Source: an uncultured Bacilli bacterium
GTDB lineage: Bacteria > Bacillota_I > Bacilli_A > RF39 > UBA660
DNA length: 64,000 nt
Direction: 5' to 3'
Assembly (NCBI GenBank): GCA_944332675.1
Contig: CALVKJ010000002.1
Location: 18 to 64,017, forward strand
The notes under the pieces are model-generated. The model was not told the origin of the DNA and did no database searches. It was given only the letters and a program-made list of their open reading frames with translations. Shown here piece after piece: positions 1-8,674 of the stretch (position 1 is its first letter; the number at the start of each line of letters is the position of its first letter). The position numbers and the translations under genes were made by a program.

Positions 1-1
1 T

Positions 2-223
2 GAAGAAACTGGAGCAACGAAAATTGAAGTAACTCCAGTTAGTGTATATAAAATTAGCACTTTTGCTTTATTGTGTTTTTGTGAAATTTTGGAAATGGAA
101 AAGTTACCAGAAGATTATGAGATGTCAAAAATTATGTTTTCAGATGATTTACCAAATAATCTTACTTATCCAGATACTTTTAGATTATATTTTAAAACAG
201 TTAAGGAAAAAATGGATTTGTGA
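2..223 (+). CDS. 3' end of a CDS that starts left of the window (product unknown)
   Basis: Frame 2 is open from the window edge to TGA at 221-223 (..TKIEVTPVSVYK..LPNNLTYPDTFRLYFKTVKEKMDL*). The listed ORF 42..230 is a low-complexity alternative frame. Confidence 0.4.
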   Translation, partial: EETGATKIEVTPVSVYKISTFALLCFCEILEMEKLPEDYEMSKIMFSDDLPNNLTYPDTFRLYFKTVKEKMDL

Positions 224-233
224 TAAATAAAAA

Positions 234-255
234 TTTTTTTTTTTTTTTTTTTTTT
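234..255. repeat. poly(T) homopolymer, about 22 nt
   Basis: Uninterrupted T run immediately after the stop codon at 221-223 and an A-rich stretch. Confidence 0.9.
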
Positions 256-322
256 GATTAAATTAATGTTTTATATCAAATTAACTCTTTACAAAAAAAA
301 TAAATAGTGTAAAATAAAACTC

Positions 323-707
323 ATGGGAAAAGGTTTTGTTTATGATTATATAAGTGGATTACATTTAGAACTAACAACTAAATGTAATGCTATGTGCCCT
401 ATGTGTAATAGGAATTTTAAAGGCAAGGTGAGAAAGGACTTGTCAATTTTAGAATTGACTTTAAATGATATCAAAAAAATTTTAAAACCTAATTTTATAA
501 GAAATAAACGAACTATATAAGGTCATATTCCATAATACTTTGGTATCTGAAGAAGAAAAAAGAAAATTATTAAAGGAACATATAGAACGAAAATATCCAA
601 TCTTTAAAAGTCTTGATATATCAAAATTAGACATTAACAATGTATGGGATAAATTAGATGAATATAAACAAAAATATGGTGATGAATTTCTTATACAAGC
701 ACTATAA
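323..707 (+). pseudogene. radical SAM enzyme remnant (N-terminal CX3CX2C fragment plus out-of-frame tail)
   Basis: The 65-aa ORF carries LELTTKCNAMCPMCN (CX3CX2C radical SAM cluster motif) but stops at 520. A second open frame, 501-707, continues in another frame. The total is far too short for a radical SAM protein. Confidence 0.45.
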
Positions 708-879
708 AAAAGGTAAAAATTTTATTGTCGCGAAAATGTCGCGAATTAACAAAAATTGCATTAAAATAATGTGACAAAAACACATTATTTTTTTTGAAAA
801 ATTTTAAAAAAATTCAAAAAAAGTCCTTAAAAAGGTCAATTTTTAAATAAAATGAGAATTTTTAAAAATGAAAATATAG

Positions 880-926
880 TTCTCGTAACACATAGGTCGC
901 TGGTTCAAGCCCGGCTTCCAGCACCA
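880..926 (+). tRNA. tRNA 3' remnant only (anticodon-loop-like CTCGTAA, variable AGGTC, T-arm, acceptor 3' strand, CCA); not an intact gene
   Basis: GCTGG-TTCAAGC-CCGGC forms a T-arm, followed by TTCCAGC-A-CCA. No complementary GCTGGAA acceptor 5' strand or D-arm lies upstream. A hairpin terminator follows directly. Confidence 0.5.
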
Positions 927-936
927 TAAGTTGATA

Positions 937-965
937 AAAAGTCCACAAAGTGGGCTTTTATTTTG
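937..965. terminator. bidirectional rho-independent terminator
   Basis: AAAAGTCCAC-AAA-GTGGGCTTTT hairpin with T runs on both strands. It follows the tRNA remnant (+) and overlaps the stop of the minus-strand lipoprotein gene. Confidence 0.6.
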
Positions 966-1494
966 TGCATTCATAAGTAGCTTTCGAGCATTTGATACTT
1001 TCTGTTGGACTAGAAATGCTTTCTTTTCCTTTGTAATAAATAAACTCTTCATCAACGTTTTTTATTGAATATAGCATATATTGGCTATCAAATTTTGATA
1101 GTAAGTCTATTTTTTCTATATTACTGCCATCTAGAGTATATTCTAGCAGAAGACCACCAGAACATCCAGCAACATAAAGCTTATTATCGTAAAAATAAGT
1201 GTATTGAGGATCTTTATAAGAATTAGGATTATCACAAAATCTAATTTCATCGAGTAATACATAGTCATCTTCTGCAACCTTATAAAATAAAGCATTAACA
1301 ATTTCTAGGGTTTCTTCTAAAGTTATATCAGTTATTACATATTCGTGTAAAATACTATCATCATCTGTATAAACATATTTTCTGGAAATGTCATAATCTT
1401 TTAAATCGTAATGCTCAAAGTCATTATATTCATTTTTGCTACAACCACTTAAAAATAAACAAAAAAATAACACTACAATTAAATATTTTTTCAT
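958..1494 (-). CDS. lipoprotein, function unknown
   Basis: Signal peptide with lipobox MKKYLIVVLFFCLFLSG/C. The ATG at 1494 is preceded by a GGTGAT RBS; the track start at 1506 is GTG. Confidence 0.7.
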   Translation of the reverse strand: MKKYLIVVLFFCLFLSGCSKNEYNDFEHYDLKDYDISRKYVYTDDDSILHEYVITDITLEETLEIVNALFYKVAEDDYVLLDEIRFCDNPNSYKDPQYTYFYDNKLYVAGCSGGLLLEYTLDGSNIEKIDLLSKFDSQYMLYSIKNVDEEFIYYKGKESISSPTESIKCSKATYECTK

Positions 1495-1589
1495 ATTGAT
1501 CACCACAATTATTATATCATTTTTAGTTCCTAAGTAATTTAAATTGTTGTACTTTTTTGCTGTTAATAAAAGTCAATACCAAATAAAAT

Positions 1590-2153
1590 CTAATTTAATT
1601 TTGATTTTATATAAGAAAGAAATTCATCGTAGTTATTTAATGTCTTCATTATGTATAAATTTTTGTTCTTTCTCATTTTATTATTATACATATTTGTCAT
1701 ATTAACATTAATCATTAAATAATTTTCATTCTCTTTCAAAAAATTAATTTTATCAATTCTATCATTATAAAATTCCGACGTTTGTAGACTAGTATGCATT
1801 ATTAATTCTAAAATGCTTTCATCTTTCAATCGGTTACTATAATTATCGAATACAAAAAAGGAAAGAGCAGAAGTGGTAATATAATACAAATTATTATCTT
1901 TACCAATAATCCAAGTGTCTAACATTTTATATTTTTTGTGATTTCTACTAATAAAAAATAACACAACAGGAGTCATCATAAGAAAATAAAATAATGTAAA
2001 AGTGTAATACCTTAGTTCTTCATCATCAATTGACACTATTATAAAAAGAAAAAATAATAATAAACCCGTTATTCCTAATCCTATCCACCATTTATCTAGT
2101 GTTGTTAATACCTTGTATTTTCCACCGTTATAATTATAATATCTATCAATCAT
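1590..2153 (-). CDS. membrane protein, function unknown
   Basis: Long ORF with two hydrophobic helices near the N-terminus (WWIGLGITGLLLFFLFIIV, FTLFYFLMMTPVVLFFI). No recognisable motif. Confidence 0.5.
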   Translation of the reverse strand: MIDRYYNYNGGKYKVLTTLDKWWIGLGITGLLLFFLFIIVSIDDEELRYYTFTLFYFLMMTPVVLFFISRNHKKYKMLDTWIIGKDNNLYYITTSALSFFVFDNYSNRLKDESILELIMHTSLQTSEFYNDRIDKINFLKENENYLMINVNMTNMYNNKMRKNKNLYIMKTLNNYDEFLSYIKSKLN

Positions 2154-2162
2154 ACAAACCTC

Positions 2163-2510
2163 CTAAATCCATTGGGGATTAAAATCTTCAGGATTGTCTT
2201 TATTATATAATATAGTAACATCCATTATTGGTAAAGTGCTATCTAGAAATTCTTGAGCATAACCTGGTTCAAACGCATCTTCAACTGCTAATTCCTTTAA
2301 AGGGTTTTCCTTATGTTTAAGATCCTTATTTCTAGCCGTTATATTTTTTTCATCTTTAGTAGTAAATGAGAAAACTGGATAATGAAAGCCATTTTCTTCA
2401 ATAAATTCAACTATTTTCCCATCAACTTTTTCATAATTCCGATTACAAATTTTAACAATTATAACAATAATCAGCACTATAATTACAATACTTAAAGTAA
2501 TATAAAACAT
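2163..2510 (-). CDS. small N-terminally anchored membrane protein
   Basis: N-terminal TM helix (FYITLSIVIIVLIIVIIV) followed by a soluble domain. It sits 9 nt upstream of the 1590..2153 gene on the same strand. Confidence 0.5.
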   Translation of the reverse strand: MFYITLSIVIIVLIIVIIVKICNRNYEKVDGKIVEFIEENGFHYPVFSFTTKDEKNITARNKDLKHKENPLKELAVEDAFEPGYAQEFLDSTLPIMDVTILYNKDNPEDFNPQWI

Positions 2511-2634
2511 ATTAAAATCTCCTTTTACTTTAATCTATTATAACATAAAAAAATGGCATTAAAAACAATAAGTACGTACTTATGAGCTTTTAATTGTTAA
2601 AATATGTTATAATTAAAATAGTAAAGGAGGCAAA

Positions 2635-3177
2635 ATGCAAAAAATTGAATTTGGCTTTGCTAATGATAAAAATCCTAAAGGAACGTGGGAAGGTATTGGT
2701 ATTAGACAAGGTCTATTACTTACTGAAGCAGACTTTTATGGTACAGTTAAAATTGAGAGTAATTCTTATATAGTTGCTAAAGTTACTGAAGATGAATATG
2801 ACCGTTATCCAGAATTGCTAGACAAATTCCTAGTAAGGCCAGCATTAGTGGACCTTTATCCCGATGGATCAGGGACATTATTTATAGATCAAGATGAATC
2901 TTTTGAGGCTTATCAATTAGAAGAATATTTAAATAGTTCCCAAGTTAAAGATAGAATATCTAGCATTGAAGATGTAATTAATTTAAGTAATGGAGTAGTT
3001 CCTGCTGATAAAGCCTTTCAACTTTTAACAGATCAAGATAAAGTAGTAGCAATATCGATTACTCACGATGCTTTTGAAAGAAAAAATAGTGCTTTAAAAA
3101 ATTGCCACTTGTCATTTTCAGAGTTGCAAATGCGTTATGAACAACAACTAGCAGAAAGCCAAAGTGTAAGTAGATAA
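2635..3177 (+). CDS. hypothetical cytoplasmic protein
   Basis: 180-aa ORF with an AAAGGAGG RBS about 6-7 nt upstream of the ATG. No recognisable motif. Confidence 0.55.
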   Translation: MQKIEFGFANDKNPKGTWEGIGIRQGLLLTEADFYGTVKIESNSYIVAKVTEDEYDRYPELLDKFLVRPALVDLYPDGSGTLFIDQDESFEAYQLEEYLNSSQVKDRISSIEDVINLSNGVVPADKAFQLLTDQDKVVAISITHDAFERKNSALKNCHLSFSELQMRYEQQLAESQSVSR

Positions 3178-3242
3178 AATAAAACTTATCTGCTTTTAAT
3201 TTGACTATTATTTTTGTATAATGTTTTTGGAGAGTGCTTACT

Positions 3243-3932
3243 ATGGAAAATGAATATTATAAAGCTTATGATGAAAGATATAAACAAGTCCATGGCAAAA
3301 ATATGTTATGGGCAACACTCAAAAATACTAAAGAAGTAATTGATGCTATAAGAAAGTATAATATATCCAAGACGGATAAAATATTAGATCTTGGTTGTGG
3401 CGAAGGAAGAGATGCTTCATTTCTACTTAATGAAGGATTCAATGTAACAGCTATAGATTATTCAAGTGAAGCCATCAAAAAGTGTAATGAACTTACAAAT
3501 AATAAATATCAAAACAATTTTAAAACATTAGATATATTTGAAGATCACTTAGATGATAAATTTAGATTTATCTATTCAGTTGCAGTATTACATATGTTTG
3601 TTTTAGATGTTCATCGCAATAAATTTTTAGAGTTTATCTATAATCACTTAGAAGACGATGGTATTGCTTTAATTTGTGTTATGGGAGATGGAAAAGAAGA
3701 ATTTCAAACAGATATTAATACATCTTTTAACAATACAAAAAGAAAAATATTACACAATAATCAAACTATAGAAGTTGCAACAACTTCCTGCCGGATTGTA
3801 AATATGGATACTTTCAAAAGAGAATTAACTAACAACGGTTTTTTAATTAAAAAAATATGGATAGCAGAAGATATCCCCGAATTTAACAAATCGATATGTG
3901 CTATAATAAATAAACAATCAAAATTAAAATAA
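3243..3932 (+). CDS. class I SAM-dependent methyltransferase
   Basis: Motif I ILDLGCGEGRD and downstream acidic-loop pattern. The ATG at 3243 has a GGAGAG RBS; the track start at 3234 is GTG. Confidence 0.75.
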   Translation: MENEYYKAYDERYKQVHGKNMLWATLKNTKEVIDAIRKYNISKTDKILDLGCGEGRDASFLLNEGFNVTAIDYSSEAIKKCNELTNNKYQNNFKTLDIFEDHLDDKFRFIYSVAVLHMFVLDVHRNKFLEFIYNHLEDDGIALICVMGDGKEEFQTDINTSFNNTKRKILHNNQTIEVATTSCRIVNMDTFKRELTNNGFLIKKIWIAEDIPEFNKSICAIINKQSKLK

Positions 3933-3950
3933 TGGAAAGTGAGTAATACA

Positions 3951-4265
3951 ATGTCGTATAACAAATTAGTTCGGGATAAAATACCGGAAATTATCAAAAA
4001 TAATAATGAAACACCTATAACCCGAATTTTAAATGATGAAGAATATAAAGTGGAACTTGAAAAGAAATTATATGAAGAATACCAAGAAGTAATTGCATCA
4101 AGTGGTAAGGAGCGTTTAGAAGAACTGGCAGATATGCTCGAAGTAATGATTGCCTTAGCAAATACGCAAAATGCTACTTTAGAAGATATAATTAATATAG
4201 CAGATAAAAAACGCAATAAACGTGGTGGATTTAAAGAAAAAATATTCTTAGAAAGTGTTAAGTAA
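3951..4265 (+). CDS. MazG-like / phosphoribosyl-ATP pyrophosphohydrolase-like NTP pyrophosphatase
   Basis: YNKLVRDKIPEII N-terminus and EELADMLEV helix are typical of this small all-alpha NTP-PPase family. The start is ambiguous between 3939 (GTG) and 3951 (ATG). Confidence 0.6.
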   Translation: MSYNKLVRDKIPEIIKNNNETPITRILNDEEYKVELEKKLYEEYQEVIASSGKERLEELADMLEVMIALANTQNATLEDIINIADKKRNKRGGFKEKIFLESVK

Positions 4266-4323
4266 CTAAGAATTATCTTTTGTCAAAAATTAATTTATTG
4301 TATAATTAACTTATGGTGGTACT

Positions 4324-5283
4324 ATGCAAGTATTATTATTAATAATAGGTTTTATTATAATTATCAAAGCATCTGATCTTTTGGTTGATGCTTCATCTGC
4401 ACTTGCTCTAAATTTTCACGTACCCAAAATGCTTATTGCTCTAACTATTGCTGCTTTTGGAACTTGTGCTCCTGAAATTGCTATATCTTTTCAAAGTGTA
4501 AGTGCGGGCAATGGCGAAATAGCTTTTGCTAATGTTGTTGGTAGTTGTATTGTAAATGTTTTTTTAATTATCGGTTTAGCATCATTTATTCGGCCAATCA
4601 AAGTAAAACACGCAACTATAAAAAAAGAATTACCCATACTTGTAATAATTACTTCTGTTTTTGCAGTTTTAATGCTAGATAGCTTATTTAACCCATTTAC
4701 AAGTGATACTTTTTCCCGCTCTGATGGTATAATTTTATTATTACTATTTGGCTTATTTTTAATATATATAATTCAATTGTTATTTAAAAAAAGTGATTAT
4801 TCGGAAGAAGAGATTGAAAAAATAAAATACAGCCCCATTTTATCTGTAATAATTATCATAGTTTCAATAATTTTAATTATATTTAGTAGTGATTTAATTG
4901 TTGAATGTGCAGAAGCTATTGCCAATCGTCTTAACATTAGTGAAAAATTAATAACAATGTTTGCTATAGTAATTGGTACAAGCTTGCCTGAAATGGTAAT
5001 GACTGTTACTAGCGCTAAAAAAGGGGAATTTGATATAGCTATTGGTAATATTATTGGTACAAATATATTTAACATATGTATAGTTTTAGGTTTGCCAGTA
5101 ATTATTTATGGTGATGTTTTATTAACTGGATTTGGAATAATCGATATTATTGCAGTGTTCTTATCTTCGGCATTATTATTTGCCTTTGCTCGTAGTGAAA
5201 AATTAGTAGATAAAAAAGAAGCCCTGATTATGTTAGCTATATTTGCAATTTATTATATATTTATATTAGTTGAAGGTTACTGA
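4324..5283 (+). CDS. Ca2+/Na+ antiporter, CaCA (YrbG-like) family
   Basis: Polytopic protein with the two alpha-repeat signatures (GTCAPEIAIS..ANVVGSCIVNV and GTSLPEMVMT..GNIIGTNIFNI). Confidence 0.8.
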   Translation: MQVLLLIIGFIIIIKASDLLVDASSALALNFHVPKMLIALTIAAFGTCAPEIAISFQSVSAGNGEIAFANVVGSCIVNVFLIIGLASFIRPIKVKHATIKKELPILVIITSVFAVLMLDSLFNPFTSDTFSRSDGIILLLLFGLFLIYIIQLLFKKSDYSEEEIEKIKYSPILSVIIIIVSIILIIFSSDLIVECAEAIANRLNISEKLITMFAIVIGTSLPEMVMTVTSAKKGEFDIAIGNIIGTNIFNICIVLGLPVIIYGDVLLTGFGIIDIIAVFLSSALLFAFARSEKLVDKKEALIMLAIFAIYYIFILVEGY

Positions 5284-5342
5284 CAAATTTCGACAAAAAT
5301 AGCTGAATATTGTGCTATAATAATTTAAAAAGTGAGGTAATT

Positions 5343-6011
5343 ATGTTAGCTTATGGAGTAAATGTTTTAAAAGAATTAGACAAAAAAAGAATAAAAAAGG
5401 TTATGACTAGTCGTAGGGAAATAATCGATTATTGCAAAGCAAACAAAATCAAATTTGAAGCAGTAGATAATCACACATTAAATAAATTGTCAGACAATAA
5501 TCATCAAGGGGTAATAATTGATATTTACGATTATGAATACTATACTCTTAATGATGTATCTGGGGATTTTGTAGTCATACTTGATCACTTAGAGGACCCT
5601 CACAATTTCGGAGCTATCATTAGAACTTGTGCTGCTGCAGGAATAACTTCGATTATTATTCCTAAGGATCGCTCTGTAAAAGTAACCGATGTTGTTATAA
5701 AAACTAGTGTAGGAACAATTAATTATGTAAAAATTATTATGGTAAGTAATATTGCTGATGCTATTAAAAAGTTAAAAAAGCAAGGCTATTTCATTTATAG
5801 TGCTGATATGCATGGAAAAAATTATCGCAGTATTGATTATAGTGGCAAAAGAGCTTTAGTAATTGGTAACGAAGGTAAAGGAATAAGTAATATTGTTAAA
5901 GAAAATAGCGACTATTTAGTAACTATTCCCATCGATTCAAAAGTTGAAAGCTTAAATGCATCAGTTGCAGCAGGAATCTTAATTTATGCTATGGTAGATA
6001 AAAATGAATGA
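5343..6011 (+). CDS. rlmB: SpoU/TrmH-family rRNA 2'-O-methyltransferase (RlmB-like)
   Basis: LDHLEDPHNFGAIIRT, LVIGNEGKGIS and SLNASVAAGILIY motifs. Its position upstream of sigH-like/secE/nusG matches the Bacillus yacO context. The ATG at 5343 has an AGTGAGG RBS. Confidence 0.7.
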   Translation: MLAYGVNVLKELDKKRIKKVMTSRREIIDYCKANKIKFEAVDNHTLNKLSDNNHQGVIIDIYDYEYYTLNDVSGDFVVILDHLEDPHNFGAIIRTCAAAGITSIIIPKDRSVKVTDVVIKTSVGTINYVKIIMVSNIADAIKKLKKQGYFIYSADMHGKNYRSIDYSGKRALVIGNEGKGISNIVKENSDYLVTIPIDSKVESLNASVAAGILIYAMVDKNE

Positions 6012-6573
6012 ATATGAAATCCTTTATTTAGCGCAAGAACAAAATGAAGATGCTTTATACTTGCTTTATCAAAAATATGAAAGTATTATAAATATGCTAA
6101 TATTTCAAAAAAAGGCTTATATTAGAGCTCTTAATATTGATTATAAGGAATTATATAGTATTTGTTTATTAAATCTTAATGAAGCAATAAGGAAGTATGA
6201 TGCTGATTCCAATGTAACATTTACAACCTTTGTTAGTTCAATTTTTAAAAAAACAATTAACAATTTTATTTATAAACAAAGCTCTCTTAAAAATAGAATT
6301 TTAAATATAAATATTGAATACGATGATAATAATTGTCATATAAAATATTTTACAAACGATCCATATTATATTATGTATTTAACTGAAAAAGGAAATGAAT
6401 TAAAGAAAATTGTAAAATCTCACTTGTCGGATTTTGAGTATCAAGTATATAATTATTTAATTTTAGGGTTATCTTACATTCAAATTGCTCAAAAGTTATC
6501 TAAAAGTCCTAAACAAATAGATAATGCTATACAAAGAATCAAACAAAAGCTAAAAAAGCTTGAAATTAACTAG
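6004..6573 (+). CDS. sigma-70 family factor, SigH-like by context
   Basis: Region 2-like and C-terminal HTH (LSYIQIAQKLSKSPKQIDNAIQRIKQKL). It lies between the rlmB-like gene and secE. Confidence 0.6.
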   Translation: MNEYEILYLAQEQNEDALYLLYQKYESIINMLIFQKKAYIRALNIDYKELYSICLLNLNEAIRKYDADSNVTFTTFVSSIFKKTINNFIYKQSSLKNRILNINIEYDDNNCHIKYFTNDPYYIMYLTEKGNELKKIVKSHLSDFEYQVYNYLILGLSYIQIAQKLSKSPKQIDNAIQRIKQKLKKLEIN

Positions 6574-6630
6574 TGTTTATGGTATATTACTATTGAACAC
6601 GAAAGTGTTTTTTTAAATGGAGGTTAAAAC

Positions 6631-6894
6631 GTGGCGAAAGAAGAAAAGAAAACATTAAAAAAAGATGCCAAAAACAAAAAACAAACTAAAAAAAATGTGG
6701 CCAAAAAAGAAGTAAAGCAACCACAAGAAGGGTATTTTAAACAAGTGCGTAAAGAAATGAAACTTGTCAAATGGCCAAGCGGTAAAGATGTACTAAAGTA
6801 TACAATAGCAACAATTATATTTTGTTTAATTTTATGTTTAATATTTATGGGATTGAATTTAATAATGTCCCTTATTAGAGGATGGGCTGGATAA
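6631..6894 (+). CDS. secE: preprotein translocase subunit SecE
   Basis: Lys-rich N-terminus, then VRKEMKLVKWPS and a single C-terminal TM. GTG start after a GGAGG RBS. Lies immediately upstream of nusG. Confidence 0.8.
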   Translation: MAKEEKKTLKKDAKNKKQTKKNVAKKEVKQPQEGYFKQVRKEMKLVKWPSGKDVLKYTIATIIFCLILCLIFMGLNLIMSLIRGWAG

Positions 6895-7427
6895 TGGAAA
6901 AAGAATGGTATGTAGTAAACACTTACTCAGGTCATGAAAGTAAGGTAAAAGAAAAACTAGAAGCTAGAACTGAATCAATGGGGATGCAAGATTACATATT
7001 CCGAGTAATTATCCCAGAAACTACTGAAGTAGAAGTAAAAGATGGGGTAAAAAAGGAAAAAGTTAAGAAAATGTTTCCTGGTTATGTTCTAGTGGAAATG
7101 ATTATGACTGATGAAGCTTGGTATATTGTAAGAAACACGCCAGGTGTAACAGGGTTTATTGGTTCATCTGGTAAAGGTGCTAAACCAACACCATTATTAC
7201 CCCAAGAAATTGATCGTATTCTTGCTAATATGGGTATGAGTAGAGTAAATATTGAACAAGACCTTAAAGTTGGTGATACAGTTAATATTATTGATGGTCC
7301 ATTCAACGGTATGAGTGGTAAAGTTGATAATATCGATATTGAAAATAATCGTCTTAATATTATCATCGATTTATTTGGTCAAGAAACAAATGTTGATGTT
7401 GAATTATATCAAGTAAGTAAAGTATAA
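6894..7427 (+). CDS. nusG: transcription termination/antitermination factor NusG
   Basis: MEKEWYVVNTYSGHE, FPGYVLVEM and a KOW-like C-terminus. TAATG overlap with the secE stop. Confidence 0.9.
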   Translation: MEKEWYVVNTYSGHESKVKEKLEARTESMGMQDYIFRVIIPETTEVEVKDGVKKEKVKKMFPGYVLVEMIMTDEAWYIVRNTPGVTGFIGSSGKGAKPTPLLPQEIDRILANMGMSRVNIEQDLKVGDTVNIIDGPFNGMSGKVDNIDIENNRLNIIIDLFGQETNVDVELYQVSKV

Positions 7428-7458
7428 AAAAATCTCGTTATTGCACGAGATTTTTGTT
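7427..7458 (+). terminator. rho-independent terminator after nusG
   Basis: AAAAATCTCG-loop-CGAGATTTTT hairpin followed by a T run. Confidence 0.7.
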
Positions 7459-7467
7459 TGCTCTAAA

Positions 7468-8604
7468 TTATGCTTCCTTTTTTCTGTTTAACCATGGAGT
7501 TATAACGTGATCGATTAGGACCATCAAAGCCATTGATAAACCAAGAGTTACAACTACAGTGATTATTGCTAAACAAGGAATATTTGTAATATTAAATGAT
7601 TTATATAAAACTCCGATTATTGGGAAGTGTAACATATAAATATATAATGCTAATTTACCTGGATATTTCCAAATCTTATGATTTAATAACTTAGTTAAAT
7701 AATCTTCATTTAATAATGTTAAGAATATTAATATTGCACATAAAGCATGAATTGTTGTGAAATAGAAGTTAGTTGTAAATAATGTATGATATACAACTAT
7801 ACCTGCACAAATAACTTGAACTATTGTTAATAAAAATTTTGCAGTAGTGCTAAACTTATGAGTTTTTAATTTAGTTATTATTACATTAAATAGTACTCCA
7901 AGTCCCATACATACGAATGCTTGAACAAATGCTTGATTTAAATAACCACCGAGCATTGTTTCATACCACATAGGACTAATTCCATTGATATGGAAATAAC
8001 CATATGCAAGTAAGAATGAAAATGGTGCTATTAAACCAATATATAAGTCTTCACATTTTTCTAGTAAGTAATAAACTAAATAACCAACAATAAATATTGC
8101 TGAAATAAACCATAATGGTCCATTCATTAATGCATGCGCACCATCAGTATATAAGCCATATGCATTATTACCAATACCTAAACTAGTAACAATCGTTCCT
8201 AACCATTCCCAAATAGAATCAATTGCTGTAAATGGCCAATCTTTTATCGGAATCTCACGATAAATATTACTTAATACAAGACCAATAAGTAAAGCAATTA
8301 AGAACGCTGGATAAAGTCCTTTTAATCTTTTTAACAAGTACTTTCCGGCTTCTGCTGCTGGTGTAGACTTCTTGCCCTTTCTCTTTTCTTTGTTTTTCTT
8401 GTAAGATGACATCAAGAAATATCCACTTACAATATAAAATATTATAATGATATCCATTGCCCCAGAACAAGGTATTTTATCCCCAATCATGTATGGTGGA
8501 ATGTGCCAATACATTACTGGATAAATCATAAATACGTGTATTAACATAAAAGTAATACATAAGAAAAATCTCCAAAACTCCACTGAATAGTTTCTTTCTT
8601 GCAT
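7468..8604 (-). CDS. acyltransferase family 3 (membrane O-acyltransferase)
   Basis: About 10 TM helices with the N-terminal RNYSVEFWRFFLCITFMLIHV signature. The ATG at 8604 is preceded by a GGGAGA RBS. Confidence 0.7.
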   Translation of the reverse strand: MQERNYSVEFWRFFLCITFMLIHVFMIYPVMYWHIPPYMIGDKIPCSGAMDIIIIFYIVSGYFLMSSYKKNKEKRKGKKSTPAAEAGKYLLKRLKGLYPAFLIALLIGLVLSNIYREIPIKDWPFTAIDSIWEWLGTIVTSLGIGNNAYGLYTDGAHALMNGPLWFISAIFIVGYLVYYLLEKCEDLYIGLIAPFSFLLAYGYFHINGISPMWYETMLGGYLNQAFVQAFVCMGLGVLFNVIITKLKTHKFSTTAKFLLTIVQVICAGIVVYHTLFTTNFYFTTIHALCAILIFLTLLNEDYLTKLLNHKIWKYPGKLALYIYMLHFPIIGVLYKSFNITNIPCLAIITVVVTLGLSMALMVLIDHVITPWLNRKKEA

Positions 8605-8674
8605 CACTTTCTCCCTTCTGTAAAATACCATTCCTATTTTACAATTATATTGTATCACTTCTATCAATTCTTTT

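Noticed and set aside
42-230. Listed 62-aa ORF at the left edge
   Set aside because: The product is low-complexity and Leu/Ile/Lys-rich. Frame 2 is open from the window edge and reads like a genuine protein C-terminus.
843-1055. 70-aa minus-strand ORF
   Set aside because: It overlaps the tRNA remnant, the terminator hairpin and the 3' end of the lipoprotein gene in another frame. It has no RBS.
3761-4216. 151-aa antisense ORF, and similar antisense or embedded ORFs: 4797..5075, 7082..7366, 8267..8470, 17310..17594, 17649..17993, 21115..21318, 22365..22556, 23301..23498, 25019..25228, 26182..26403, 27249..27485, 32788..32988, 35901..36176, 36366..36581, 36781..36966, 37312..37581, 38479..38829, 38880..39077, 40446..40682, 45184..46392 set, 53905..54378, 55469..55708, 59445..59702, 61917..62102, 62688..62939, 63414..63677
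   Set aside because: Each lies inside or opposite a longer ORF with clear family motifs. They have biased composition and no RBS, as expected by chance in AT-rich DNA.
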